A stretch of 64,000 bases of DNA from positions 2,170,001 to 2,234,000 of the forward strand of contig CP075494.1 of the NCBI GenBank assembly GCA_021613535.1, written 5' to 3'. Of the stretch, positions 53,755-64,000 are shown piece by piece (position 1 is the first letter of the stretch; the number at the start of each line of letters is the position of its first letter). Source of the DNA: Adineta vaga (taxonomy: Eukaryota; Animalia; Rotifera). The notes beneath the pieces are model-generated. The model saw only the letters and a list, made by a program, of their open reading frames with translations. It did no database searches and was not told where the DNA came from. Both the position numbers and the translations under genes were made by a program.

Positions 53755-54996
53755 TCATATACAATTACATGCTGTATCACTGAATTCTTCATCCATTCCA
53801 TATAGTTTCAGTTTCAGGTCCATTGCTGGCTCAACATATATTACCCATCTGAGAACTTGGTCGGAACTTTTTACACAAAATTCATCTCTTTCTTCTTTTT
53901 CATGCTTAAAATAGATTGTATCATAATCGGCCCACCACGCATTCGAGTCGGAGACTTGCCATAATTCCGGACGAGTAATCATGAGGACTTTTCCCATACG
54001 AACTTCTGCACAAATGTATGCACCATCTTTTCTAGCTTTTTGTTCGGTACTTTCGATCGAACGAGCAAAATAAATGCCATATCCTAACATCTGTGGAGGA
54101 ATGTCACTAATCCTCATGTCGCTATGAGCTATTGAAATTGCAGAATCAGCGTTAGTACGATGAAAGCCAATGTAGATTGGATAGTCAGGCGTCCATCTTG
54201 GTTGTGGTCGAAAGTCAGCTGAATGAAAGACGACAATGTGTTCCAGTGTTCGTTCTCGACATTGATAACCATTTTTACATTTTCTATTTCCGAGTGCAGC
54301 TGTTCGAAATTTTTCGATTAGTACATAAGGAATAAATCTTTTATGCTTAGGCGAGAGTGACTTGCGGGTGACTGATGGATTGGCTGTAACAATCGGTTTG
54401 TATGCCCACCATACTCGATAATGATATATATCAAATGCAATGGCTAAAAATGGCAACAATGTGATGACTGCAAAAACAATCAGAATGGCGTGTTCAAACT
54501 GAAAGGTCGTGTGCCTTGAAGATTCGCCAACTACTGTTCCATAGAGAATGACTCCGATTGATCGAAGTATAATGGAAATAGTATGAAAAGCAAGTCGTAC
54601 TTTAAATCTTAATTTAGGTCGAGGTATATAACATGGACAATTACAGTTCAATGACATAAATCGGAGACATGGACGTCGATACCCTTTCACAAAGCAACCG
54701 ATCAAGTGACAGGGACAAGCCATACAACAACATGTCGTCACCAAAACAGAAACAATGATGCTAGAAGCTATCAAACCATTAGCAGCATTGAAACGTTCGA
54801 GTAGAACTGGTGGAAAAATAGTGGTAGTTGTTATTGGCGTACTTGTGCTTATGCCTGAGGTTACGTAGTTCCTTTGCGTGGAAGAGCTCAAATTTATAAT
54901 AACAAAAATTAATGCTGGAAAAGTTATGACCATTTCTGCAATGTTTATTGCACCATACAAGTACGGTAATGAGCGATAAAACTTGCCAGATGGCAT
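53755..54996 (-). CDS. Multi-TM protein with C-terminal PARP-like ADP-ribosyltransferase domain
   Basis: Four hydrophobic segments, then GFHRT, GYGIYFA and DEFCV (H-Y-E-like). Confidence 0.8.
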   Translation of the reverse strand: MPSGKFYRSLPYLYGAINIAEMVITFPALIFVIINLSSSTQRNYVTSGISTSTPITTTTIFPPVLLERFNAANGLIASSIIVSVLVTTCCCMACPCHLIGCFVKGYRRPCLRFMSLNCNCPCYIPRPKLRFKVRLAFHTISIILRSIGVILYGTVVGESSRHTTFQFEHAILIVFAVITLLPFLAIAFDIYHYRVWWAYKPIVTANPSVTRKSLSPKHKRFIPYVLIEKFRTAALGNRKCKNGYQCRERTLEHIVVFHSADFRPQPRWTPDYPIYIGFHRTNADSAISIAHSDMRISDIPPQMLGYGIYFARSIESTEQKARKDGAYICAEVRMGKVLMITRPELWQVSDSNAWWADYDTIYFKHEKEERDEFCVKSSDQVLRWVIYVEPAMDLKLKLYGMDEEFSDTACNCI

Positions 54997-55698
54997 TAGT
55001 AATCAATGACTACTGACGAATTTAATCTAGAAAAGAAGACGTATTTTTTCTATTATTGTTGTTGTTAGAAAAAGAATCGAAATAATTTTACTAAACATTA
55101 AAAAACTACGGTAGAAATCATATTAATATTTTATTAATATGAAAAATAAGTTGATAATTGATTATCAATTGTTCCAATAGTTTTTGTGTTGAAATATCAA
55201 ATGCCCAGATCCAGATCCTCACATCCTCGTTAGATACTTACTAAGAACTCGATATAAAATGCTAGATGAAACAATCTTTCTAATGCAACGATAATCACGA
55301 ATGATTCAAACTTTTTATAGATGTACTATTTCCGCTCTTTTTTCAAAATCATGAAAAATTGTTTGTTTTTCGGTTCTTACCATATTTGGATTACAATCAA
55401 AAGCATGACTACATCAGAATAGAAAAAAAGAATGAGTATAATAGAATTCATCTCAGTCACTATGCACACAACAATTTCTTTTTACAGTTGTAAGCGTCTC
55501 TATCTCTATACATCACAATAAAAAGCAGACTAAAAAGGTTTCTTTACAGTTTGCTGTTTGAATTCAATGAATCTGCTTCCAAAGTTGATTTCGAGATACG
55601 AATTATTTCAGATTGAAGAAACGAGAAAAAGGAAGTGAAATATTAGTAGAGTCAAAGTTTTTCAAAGTAACTAAACGGTTCTAAAACATAAAATGATG

Positions 55699-55770
55699 AT
55701 CTTGAGGGTGGGTGTGGGTGTGTGAAGATACAGTAATAACCAATGTCGATCACACTCACACCCTCAAGAT
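55699..55770. repeat. Palindromic element (best-preserved ends)
   Basis: atcttgagggtgggtgtgggtgtg..cacactcacaccctcaagat (12-bp perfect ends). Confidence 0.95.
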
Positions 55771-56019
55771 TTTTCATGTCGATTGAGAACTAATTTTCTC
55801 TTATTTTGTTTTGAAAAATCACTCTTGTTAACAGATTTATTCGTATACAGATAGATTTAAATTCAGTGTAATTTTGTTTTTATTGTTGAAAAATAGAAAA
55901 AATTAAGACAACTAAATGTATAAAATAAAAGAAGTGATCGTTTGTATTAAAATACAAGATTATTTTTTATATAATCGTAAAGAAATTGAATAGGAAAATG
56001 TTGATGGTTCCTTCTCTTA

Positions 56020-56497
56020 AGCTTTTGACGTATCTATTATATATCTTTGTAGACGTTGTGTTCCTACCCGGTTCAAATTTTGAGAGCACAAGTAGTTTCT
56101 TATCGTGGAAGTTTTTTTTTATCGACTCTCTCAGTCTACTTTGTTCATTGGCACAAGAAAGTGTTGACAATAGTATTGACGTATTTCATGCTTCGACTTT
56201 GCTCACCAATAATCTCAAGTCTTCTGTTCAATTCATGCACGACATAAATGAGACTTTATTGCAGTTTCAAAAAAGAACACCAGCTGCATTTGCTCAAACG
56301 TTAGATCTTGTTCGTACAACTGCACAAGGAAATGCTCTCCTAGCTATGTTTTCATCAAATTGGGATTTACTCGTTGCTGAAAAAGGCCAAGGAAGAAATG
56401 CTGTGTTTCTTACTGCACCTGTCATTCATAACAATATAGCTTTTGACGTATCTATTATATATATTTGTAGACGTTGTGTTCCTGCCTGGTTCAAATT
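56020..56497 (+). repeat. 60-bp direct repeat pair (56020-56079; 56438-56497)
   Basis: 57/60 identical. Confidence 0.95.
56085..56437 (+). pseudogene. Internal fragment of a larger gene, with no start or end
   Basis: Coding-like SLLCSLAQESVDNSIDVF..TLDLVRTTAQGNALLAMFSSNW, flanked by 60-bp direct repeats. Confidence 0.6.
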
Positions 56498-56533
56498 GAG
56501 GGTGTGGGTATATCTTCTTCACCCACACCCAAT
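56495..56533. repeat. Palindromic element
   Basis: attgagggtgtgggtatatcttcttcacccacacccaat. Confidence 0.92.
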
Positions 56534-56848
56534 AAATATAATTGATAAAATAGTACAAATGTAAGATAAGGAACTGTTTTTTTTATCAACCTTGTATGAA
56601 AATTACTACCCTTCAGTATAAATAATTCCTTCATCAGTCGTTGGTATTTTCATTCTTTTGCAATTTTATTGTGAAATATTTTTATGATAGTTATATATTC
56701 TTTCATTTTCATTCTGTAATATCTCAATGATTCCTATGTTTTTTTTCCCCTTTTTTATAAGATATGGCGTCATATAAATCTCAAGTTATATCTATATTCT
56801 ATGTTTTATTGATCAAACTGTACCGTTGTAACGAGAAACGTCGACTAT

Positions 56849-58726
56849 ATGACAGAACAATCTTGTTTAGAACATTTACCAATTGAAATTCTTTATCGAA
56901 TATATGATGAACTTGATATACAAACAATTCTATTTTCAATTCGTTATTTATCTAGAAGATTTTATAAAATAACACATAATTATAATCGATATCGATTAGA
57001 TTGTCGTTATGTCTCAAGATCTGATTTACGTATTATGTCACGTCTTATTGATCCTGAAAATATTATTTCTTTAACACTTTCGAATGGTTTAGAGACATCT
57101 GATCAAATTCAATTATTTCTTTTTTATTTTCATTTCAATCAGTTTATACGATTACGTTCATTGACTCTTTCATGTGATTATGATCAAGATTTAGGTGAAA
57201 TTGAAGATTATATAATAAAATGTCCTCTTCAAACAATTTCAATATCATTTTATGGTTGGCATTCTAACAAAAACAACAAATTTGTATCATCAATTTTATC
57301 TCTTAATCATCTATGTCAATTGACGCTCGCATGTGCCGATATGATATACGAAAATTTACAATGGCCCATTCAGTATCGATTAGAAAATTTAACATTAAAA
57401 TATGTCAATTCATGGGAACAAATCTGCATTATTCTTAGTCAATCAATCTATTTAAAAACATTAGTTCTAAGTAATCAGGATTGGTCCGAACTCGATGAAA
57501 ATATTTTCACAAAATCTCATAGGAAACAATTTGATCATTTAATATCATTTTCATTAATATATCCATTCGGTAATCTAACAATGAATGATATTAAAGCAAT
57601 TCTTACAATGTTTCCTAATTTAACATATCTTGGATTATTTATGTGGACTTCTGATCGTTCATTATTTAATGGAAAACGATGGGAAAATTTCATTCAAAGA
57701 AAATTACTTCAATTAAATCAATTTGAATTTTGTTTTCTTTGTCATACAGAAGCCAATCAAGATTTCACTCCAATGAATTCATTGATTTCATCATATAGAA
57801 CATCATTTTGGATTGAAAATAAACATTGGATTGTTAAATATGAATACACAAATACAATACGCAATTCATATTATATTAATAAAGATAAGATTAATGATAA
57901 TCATGTATATCGTTTGTATACGATACCAATGATTAATAATGTATGTGGTTATTTTGATAGACAAACTAAAATCTTTCAACGAAACGGACATGAAAATCCT
58001 TCTTATGATAAAATTTTAGTATTAAATTCTTTATTAAATATTAACAATACAAATCAAACAGCGATAATTGTTGATTCTAATGAATTAATTTTAAATGTTG
58101 ACTCAGTAGTAACAGAGAATATTGAAGAAAAAGTAAGAAGAGAATACATCAATGAAAAATATTTTAGTTTTTATTTGTTTTATTTTTAGAATAATTTAAC
58201 AACGAAATATAAATTTCGAAATGTCAAAGATCTTATATTATTATTTTATAACAAATGGTCTATTCATTTAATTGAATCTTTATCAATAATTATTAATTTA
58301 TCAAATATTGAAAGTTTATTTTTAGATTTTCAAGATGAATGTTTATTTGATACAACATTTGAAATTGAAATGAATAATTTATTCAAACAAACATATAATC
58401 TTCGTTCATTACGAATAAATTGTAAGAATTCTGATAAAATGATATTAATAACACGAAGTTATATTAATTTGAAATTACCTCATTTTATTAAAAAATTTGA
58501 TATTCAAATAAAAGATCTCGATAATGCAAAAATTATATTGAAACAAAATAAGCATTTATCAATAATGAAATTTCGACCATATTCTCATGTTGAAGAATTT
58601 GCTGATGAAATCGATAATTGGCTTAGAGAAAAGAAAAGAGATTTTATGTCTGAATTATATTCGGTTGGTTATTTTGGTTGTGAATGTTGTTATTCAGTTA
58701 AAGCTGTTTATATATGGCTTGATTAA
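56849..58726 (+). CDS. F-box plus LRR-like protein
   Basis: LEHLPIEILYRIYDEL F-box; exons 56849-58132 and 58190-58726 in frame. Confidence 0.88.
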
Positions 58727-59500
58727 ATATATTTATCAACATCCTTTACATATATCGATTTAAATTAATATTATTATTATTATTAATATAAAAAGAAAAT
58801 AGATTTTATGTTATTTATAACGTTCTTTCATAAAATGTTTCTGATTGTTTTTCTCTATTCATATGTAAAGCCCGGCTCTACAAAGAACATATCCGCACCA
58901 AATTAACCCCGATAACGCTGCGAATTTCTTTTTTCCGCATTTTGTGCCACGATATTGACGGTAAATTGTGATTCAGTAACAACTAAGATGAAACAAAATA
59001 CTCCCGTTGTCATTTTTAGAGAAAAAAACATGTTGTGCAAACTTAAAAAGAACTCAATACGAATAGATTCACCCATCACATATGAGTCTATAAGTATGAA
59101 TAAAAAGATACCTGATACTATAAAAATAAAAGTATGAGCTTTCAACATTATTTTCAGAGAAGTGTGAGGATATAGTCACAGTTGTTGTAGCTTTGTGGGG
59201 TGTTTCAGATTGATTTCGAATGAGTGATGTATAATAATGAAGAATTTCTTATTGTTGCCATAATTCTCGTTACATTTTGGCGGATTCTGACTTTCTGAGA
59301 ACAGGTTAGTTTTTAGTCATGAATATGTTTAACAGTGAGTGAGAGAAGATGCTATCATATTATTTTTCTACTAGCCTTCGCTTTATGAAGGAGAAAGCAG
59401 TAATGTGACTTTTATCTAAAACCAAATACAACAGGTAAGAGATTCCTTTTTTTTTATCTCAGTGATCTTCACGAAGATCTCACTCTCTCTTCAACTATAC

Positions 59501-59570
59501 CCAAGGGGAACAAACTGATTCCTCATGATTTCTGGTGATTTTCGGCTAGAAATCAGTTTGTTCCTCTTGG
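59501..59570. repeat. 20-bp stem hairpin
   Basis: ccaaggggaacaaactgatt / aatcagtttgttcctcttgg (19/20). Confidence 0.7.
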
Positions 59571-60442
59571 ATTCGCTAGATAATCGAGTACAAAATTCCA
59601 GCTTCCTACTGATACAAGATTGCGTTCGAAGGGAATAAATTGAGTTATTCTAAAATATGGTATTCCTCGACTAGAAAAAGGTGAGTAAATGCATCGTTAA
59701 TAAGACTATTTGGTTCAAAATATTCATGATTATGGTTATATTTGAAAACTTGCTTTAGATTATCTCTTCGTCACGATTGAAACAATAGCAGTCACATCAT
59801 CAGGTAATGTTTCGTTTATTTCACTTTTCCTTTGAATAAAATGACTGATAAGAAAGAGATTCAAATGTGCAATTCTCGTTATCTTGCTCGATGTTTTCTT
59901 TCTAATACAGAATCAATGAACTCAAATAATCGTGCAAATTCACTGAAATATCATTCAACAGGTTATTTTCAAAAAATTCTTTTAGTTTCATTAGGACTGA
60001 TAATGATAATAACAATTTGTTATATATTACTCATAAGTTTTTTTGTCTCAATAATTCGTATAAAAAGATGCGCATATGATATTTTTCGATAAGATATATT
60101 TATATGTATATTAATCTTGTTTACGACAAAGGTTAATGTTTCTTTCTTCGAAGTCGCATAGTCACATTTCAATGATTTTCTATAGAAAAGTAATCATTCA
60201 TTCAGTTCTAATTTTTTTCTATTCATCAAAGGGTATCTCTTTATTTTACCTGTATTTTTTCACGAAAGGAGACAGAAAACGATTTTTATCTTATTATATC
60301 TGTCTTTACATCACAACATATATTTTTCGTACTGGTAATCGCTGTCTCTCTCTCTCTCTCTCTTTCTTTTTCTCATTTGAGAATAATTATCGAAAAACTA
60401 ATCACAAACATTCGTTATTTTTTCAAACAACGACATAACGAT

Positions 60443-60924
60443 ATGGCTTATATGAAAACTAGTATTTACATTACAATGGTGATGGTGATCATTGCAACAA
60501 TTATTAGAATATCGGACGCCTATGATTGTGCTCCTCAAAATTGTAACTGCGGCACTTGTGTAAGTATTGTGGTTGTTTTTCTGGTTCTACAGAATGTACT
60601 AGGGAAAATGAAGGTTTTGCGTGCTGTAAAGAGTGTTGTTTTAAAGATATTAAATACACGGTTGCCTATAATATAGGTGGTTTAAAGAAGGGTGTCTATT
60701 TCAAAACTAATTGTGCGGGTAGTGAATGTGCTTCAAAATACCGCTCAAAAAGTTTAATGCTCGATTCTTCTGGCGCGGAGATGGTCAGTTGTAGTTACAA
60801 AACAACCTGTCCTAGGTATAATTGCTACTGTCCTTGGAATTATGGACTATTTCCACAATCAAACAAGCGTAACTTCATTTCAAAATTCAAACATTTTCGT
60901 TATCAATTGGACGATCGTAAATAA
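60443..60924 (+). pseudogene. Secreted Cys-rich protein (~17 Cys) with a 2-nt frameshift
   Basis: Signal peptide MAYMKTSIYITMVMVIIATIIRISDA; extra GT at ~60560 shifts into the Cys-rich frame. Confidence 0.7.
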
Positions 60925-61442
60925 TTTTTCTTTTTAAAATATCTCATACATATATTCAATACAATGGCACTAATCATCTTAATTCACATTATATATTTAA
61001 CAAATATTATTCATAACTAACCTTTTTTTCTTTTACTCTTTTCTTTTAATAAAAAGAAAATCATTAATATTTAGAAATACATTTTGAGATTCAACATATC
61101 TCTCGTGTCCATAATAATATTTTTCGATATTCAAAGAGAATTTAGGTTAAAACAAAAAATTTGATGATAGATACAGGTAATAAAACAACACAATAATCGT
61201 CTAGTGATGTGCTACATCTACTTTCACATATTTTTCCACAAAAATCCGATATTTGAATTCTTAGCGTTAAAATTTACTTAAAATAAATAACGCTCACCGA
61301 GTGACTCGCTTGACCAGGGTCAGTGAAAGATGAGCACACGACTGTTTATATCCATAATATCTACGAAAAAAAAGCAAATCAGGAATGATATGAATCGACA
61401 TGAATAGAGGAATATATCCATGCTGTCCTTTCTCGATTTTTG

Positions 61443-61470
61443 CCCACACCCTCACCCTCACCCACACCCA
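61443..61470. repeat. Palindromic element, right arm
   Basis: cccacaccctcaccctcacccacaccca. Confidence 0.7.
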
Positions 61471-61757
61471 TTATTCTTAAGTTAGTTTTAATCGAAATAG
61501 AATTACGCATATTTACATTCTCATTCTTAATATTTCTTCTTTCATCTAACTCAAATCATGAATATTTTATTTATTCCTTATGCTTTATTAATTTTCTCTC
61601 TCTTGAAGTATTTCTTCGAAAAATACGATTACAAAATATTTGACATAGATGATGTCATATTATGAAATAAAAACTCAGAAGAAAAAGAAATATACATACA
61701 GTTTAAAAGTATTTGGTTACTCAACCAACATCAATACACACTCGCCTTTAATCCATA

Positions 61758-63192
61758 ATGTGTATGAAATTCAGATCTCAAAAGAATAAGTCGACTCAAG
61801 AAGATAAATCTAACAACAACCATCTGAATTCACATTCACTGTCGAAAATCAATTCTGATAAGAATCAAAATTATTTTCAAGAATTCAATATTGATCTTAC
61901 ACGAGTATGATGTCTTTGAATAAGTTACTTTTTACATTCTTTTTTGTTTACCAGTCATCTACAGGTAGTTTTGGCTTCTCAATCATCGGTGGTACTGAAG
62001 ATTCATCTCCTATCACCATTGGATATATTGAGAAAGGTGGTTCTGCTGATTGTGATGGTCGTTTAAAGTCAGATGAATTTTTATCTATGAATTGCTAATT
62101 TTATTTATCTTTTTAAGACTTAATGATATTATATTACAAGTCAATGGAACCACTTTTGTAGGAATTAGTCATAAGAAAGCGCTTCTTGTATTTAAAAATG
62201 CCAATACATCAATTAAAATGGTAATATTTATACATAATTAAAGAAATGAAATATTCTTTTTTCTTCTTTTAAGACTATTCAACGTGAGGCATCTTCTAAG
62301 AAAGATCGATCAGAAATGTTTTCAAAACTAGCGAATATTGATAATCAAGTTAAAAATACCGAAGTATATTCTTCATATTTCTTCGTCATTCTTAATAAAT
62401 TTTGTACAATTTTAGAAAGAAATATTGAACTCTAAACGAACACACTATACAAATAACAAACCTACTAATGAATTCGATATTGGAATTTACAAAGATTTAG
62501 AACAACGAACTGAACGTGGAGGTGATCTTAAGATTTATCATTTAATCCCAAATTATATTGCCTGTAGAATTATTCCTGAATACAACGAAGAAGAAGCTAT
62601 TTGCATTGTTCTACGACAATCAAAACGTCGTCCAATACGTGCTTCATGCGAAGATCTTTATGATTTACTTTTATCTATGAATGAAACAAAAAAAATCTTA
62701 GCTTCTGCTATCGGATGCAACATTCAATTGAAACCCATTCCAGGTCCAGTTTTACTCGAAGCAATTCGACAACATTGTCAGAGATTTCCGTATATTTATG
62801 CCAAAATAGATCAAAACAGATCAAATATGAAAGCTAATCTGATTACTTGTAATGGAAATGAATTAGCGATACTAATTCCTTTTATAGATTTGAAATCCAT
62901 TGGTAATATTGAAGATATTCTTCGATATGGAAATTGTGTGAAAGATCTTCCTCTTCCAATTTATTATTTTCTTGTTGAAAAAAAGATGGAAAGATCAATG
63001 ACACGTGCAGATTACGATGATCTGTCAGAGATTTATGTTGTACATCGTGATATTAATCCATTTACCAACAAACCAAGATGTTTAACAATACAAATTGAAT
63101 TTGATTCATCGGATATAGAGAAAGAAGAGACTGACAAATACATAAAATCGACTAAAACATATCATTATAACATTATTTCTAAATATAAATAG
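61758..63192 (+). CDS. PDZ-domain protein
   Basis: Exons 61758-61904, 61955-62067, 62118-62220, 62274-62363, 62416-63192 in frame; SFGFSIIGG..GGSADCDGRLKLNDIILQVNG. Confidence 0.85.
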
Positions 63193-63824
63193 TTTTTCTT
63201 AGTGTGCTCAAAAACTAATGAAGTATCAATCTTCTTAGATCATCCTTATATTTACTGTAGTCAAACAGACAGAAAATTTGGTAATCTCACTTTTTGACTG
63301 CTCCAATTGTGATATGTGACTATCGCTTCAGCATAAAATGTATATAATGTACATTTATGAGTACTACAACAACTATATGTTGTTGAGGAAGAAAAGAACA
63401 AGTGACAATATCACCAACTTATTCCATCGACTCGATTGCAAGCCTTCATTATTTGATTATGTTCTGCTCTCTTCTCATAGCATAAAATAAGTCATTATGT
63501 ATCAACTTTTTTCTTTTTCTATCATAGGTACATAGTTCGTTCATGACATAGAAGCGTGAGGACAAGCCACACATTTCAGTTAAATAAAGTAGTAGTATAT
63601 AAAAGTGCACGTAGGTTGAAATATCAATCATTTTTTCTATACTCTCCATTGACAAGCATATTCACATACGTGTACATATTAGGAATCCTTTTAAAGCAAG
63701 CGTAAACATCTAGTTGCACAAGAAGAATAGTTCTGTTACTAATCCGAAACCTCTTTCACTTCACTAATTTATAAATATACGTATATTAGAGCAATTCATA
63801 AAGAAAAGAAAAAATACACCAAAT

Positions 63825-64000
63825 ATGACAGATTCGACTATCAAACATATAACTACTGTATTTCCTGTCAATGTTGAAGCGTTAAAACCAAACCTTCAAA
63901 TTTCTCGACGTCGTTCTATCATTCGAGAGTTCAGTCTCAACACTACTGCTCATGGTATTCCTGGCATTGCACGAAGTAAAAGTATACCAAATCGAATCTT
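63825..64000 (+). CDS. DEG/ENaC channel subunit, 5' part only
   Basis: REFSLNTTAHGIPGIARS (pre-TM1 HG motif). Confidence 0.8.
   Translation, partial: MTDSTIKHITTVFPVNVEALKPNLQISRRRSIIREFSLNTTAHGIPGIARSKSIPNRI

Noticed and set aside
60560-60592. 33-nt gtaagt..ctacag intron repairing the Cys-rich gene
   Set aside because: Splicing it keeps the non-Cys frame and it is shorter than the other introns here
3-61470. Palindromic repeats as a CRISPR array or bacterial integron
   Set aside because: Spacing is kilobases, the genes have spliceosomal introns, and there is no cas or intI gene or GTTRRRY core
1-64000. Recombinase, transposase, reverse transcriptase, tRNA or rRNA genes
   Set aside because: No recognisable motifs in any ORF or intergenic region

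Overview
AT-rich eukaryotic DNA with short GT-AG introns. The gene families (intronless 7TM GPCRs, NHL-repeat, FG-GAP, F-box/LRR-like, LDLa-EGF-7TM, PARP-like) and the TGTGGG/TGAGGG telomere-type hexamers point to a bdelloid rotifer (inference). The window holds about 15 intact genes and about 8 pseudogenes or fragments, plus several MITE/foldback elements. The main unexplained structure is a family of about 25 short (~40-80 bp) imperfect palindromes, consensus ATCTTGAGGG(TGTGGG)n-spacer-(CCCACA)nCCCTCAAGAT. They fall almost strictly between genes and cut the region into one-gene modules, usually sit 60-270 bp past a stop codon, and lie exactly at the breakpoints of two recent local duplications. 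This looks like a eukaryotic gene-cassette array bounded by telomere-repeat palindromic sites. No recombinase is encoded in the window, so the mechanism is inference. Exon boundaries were worked out by eye and may be off by a few bases.
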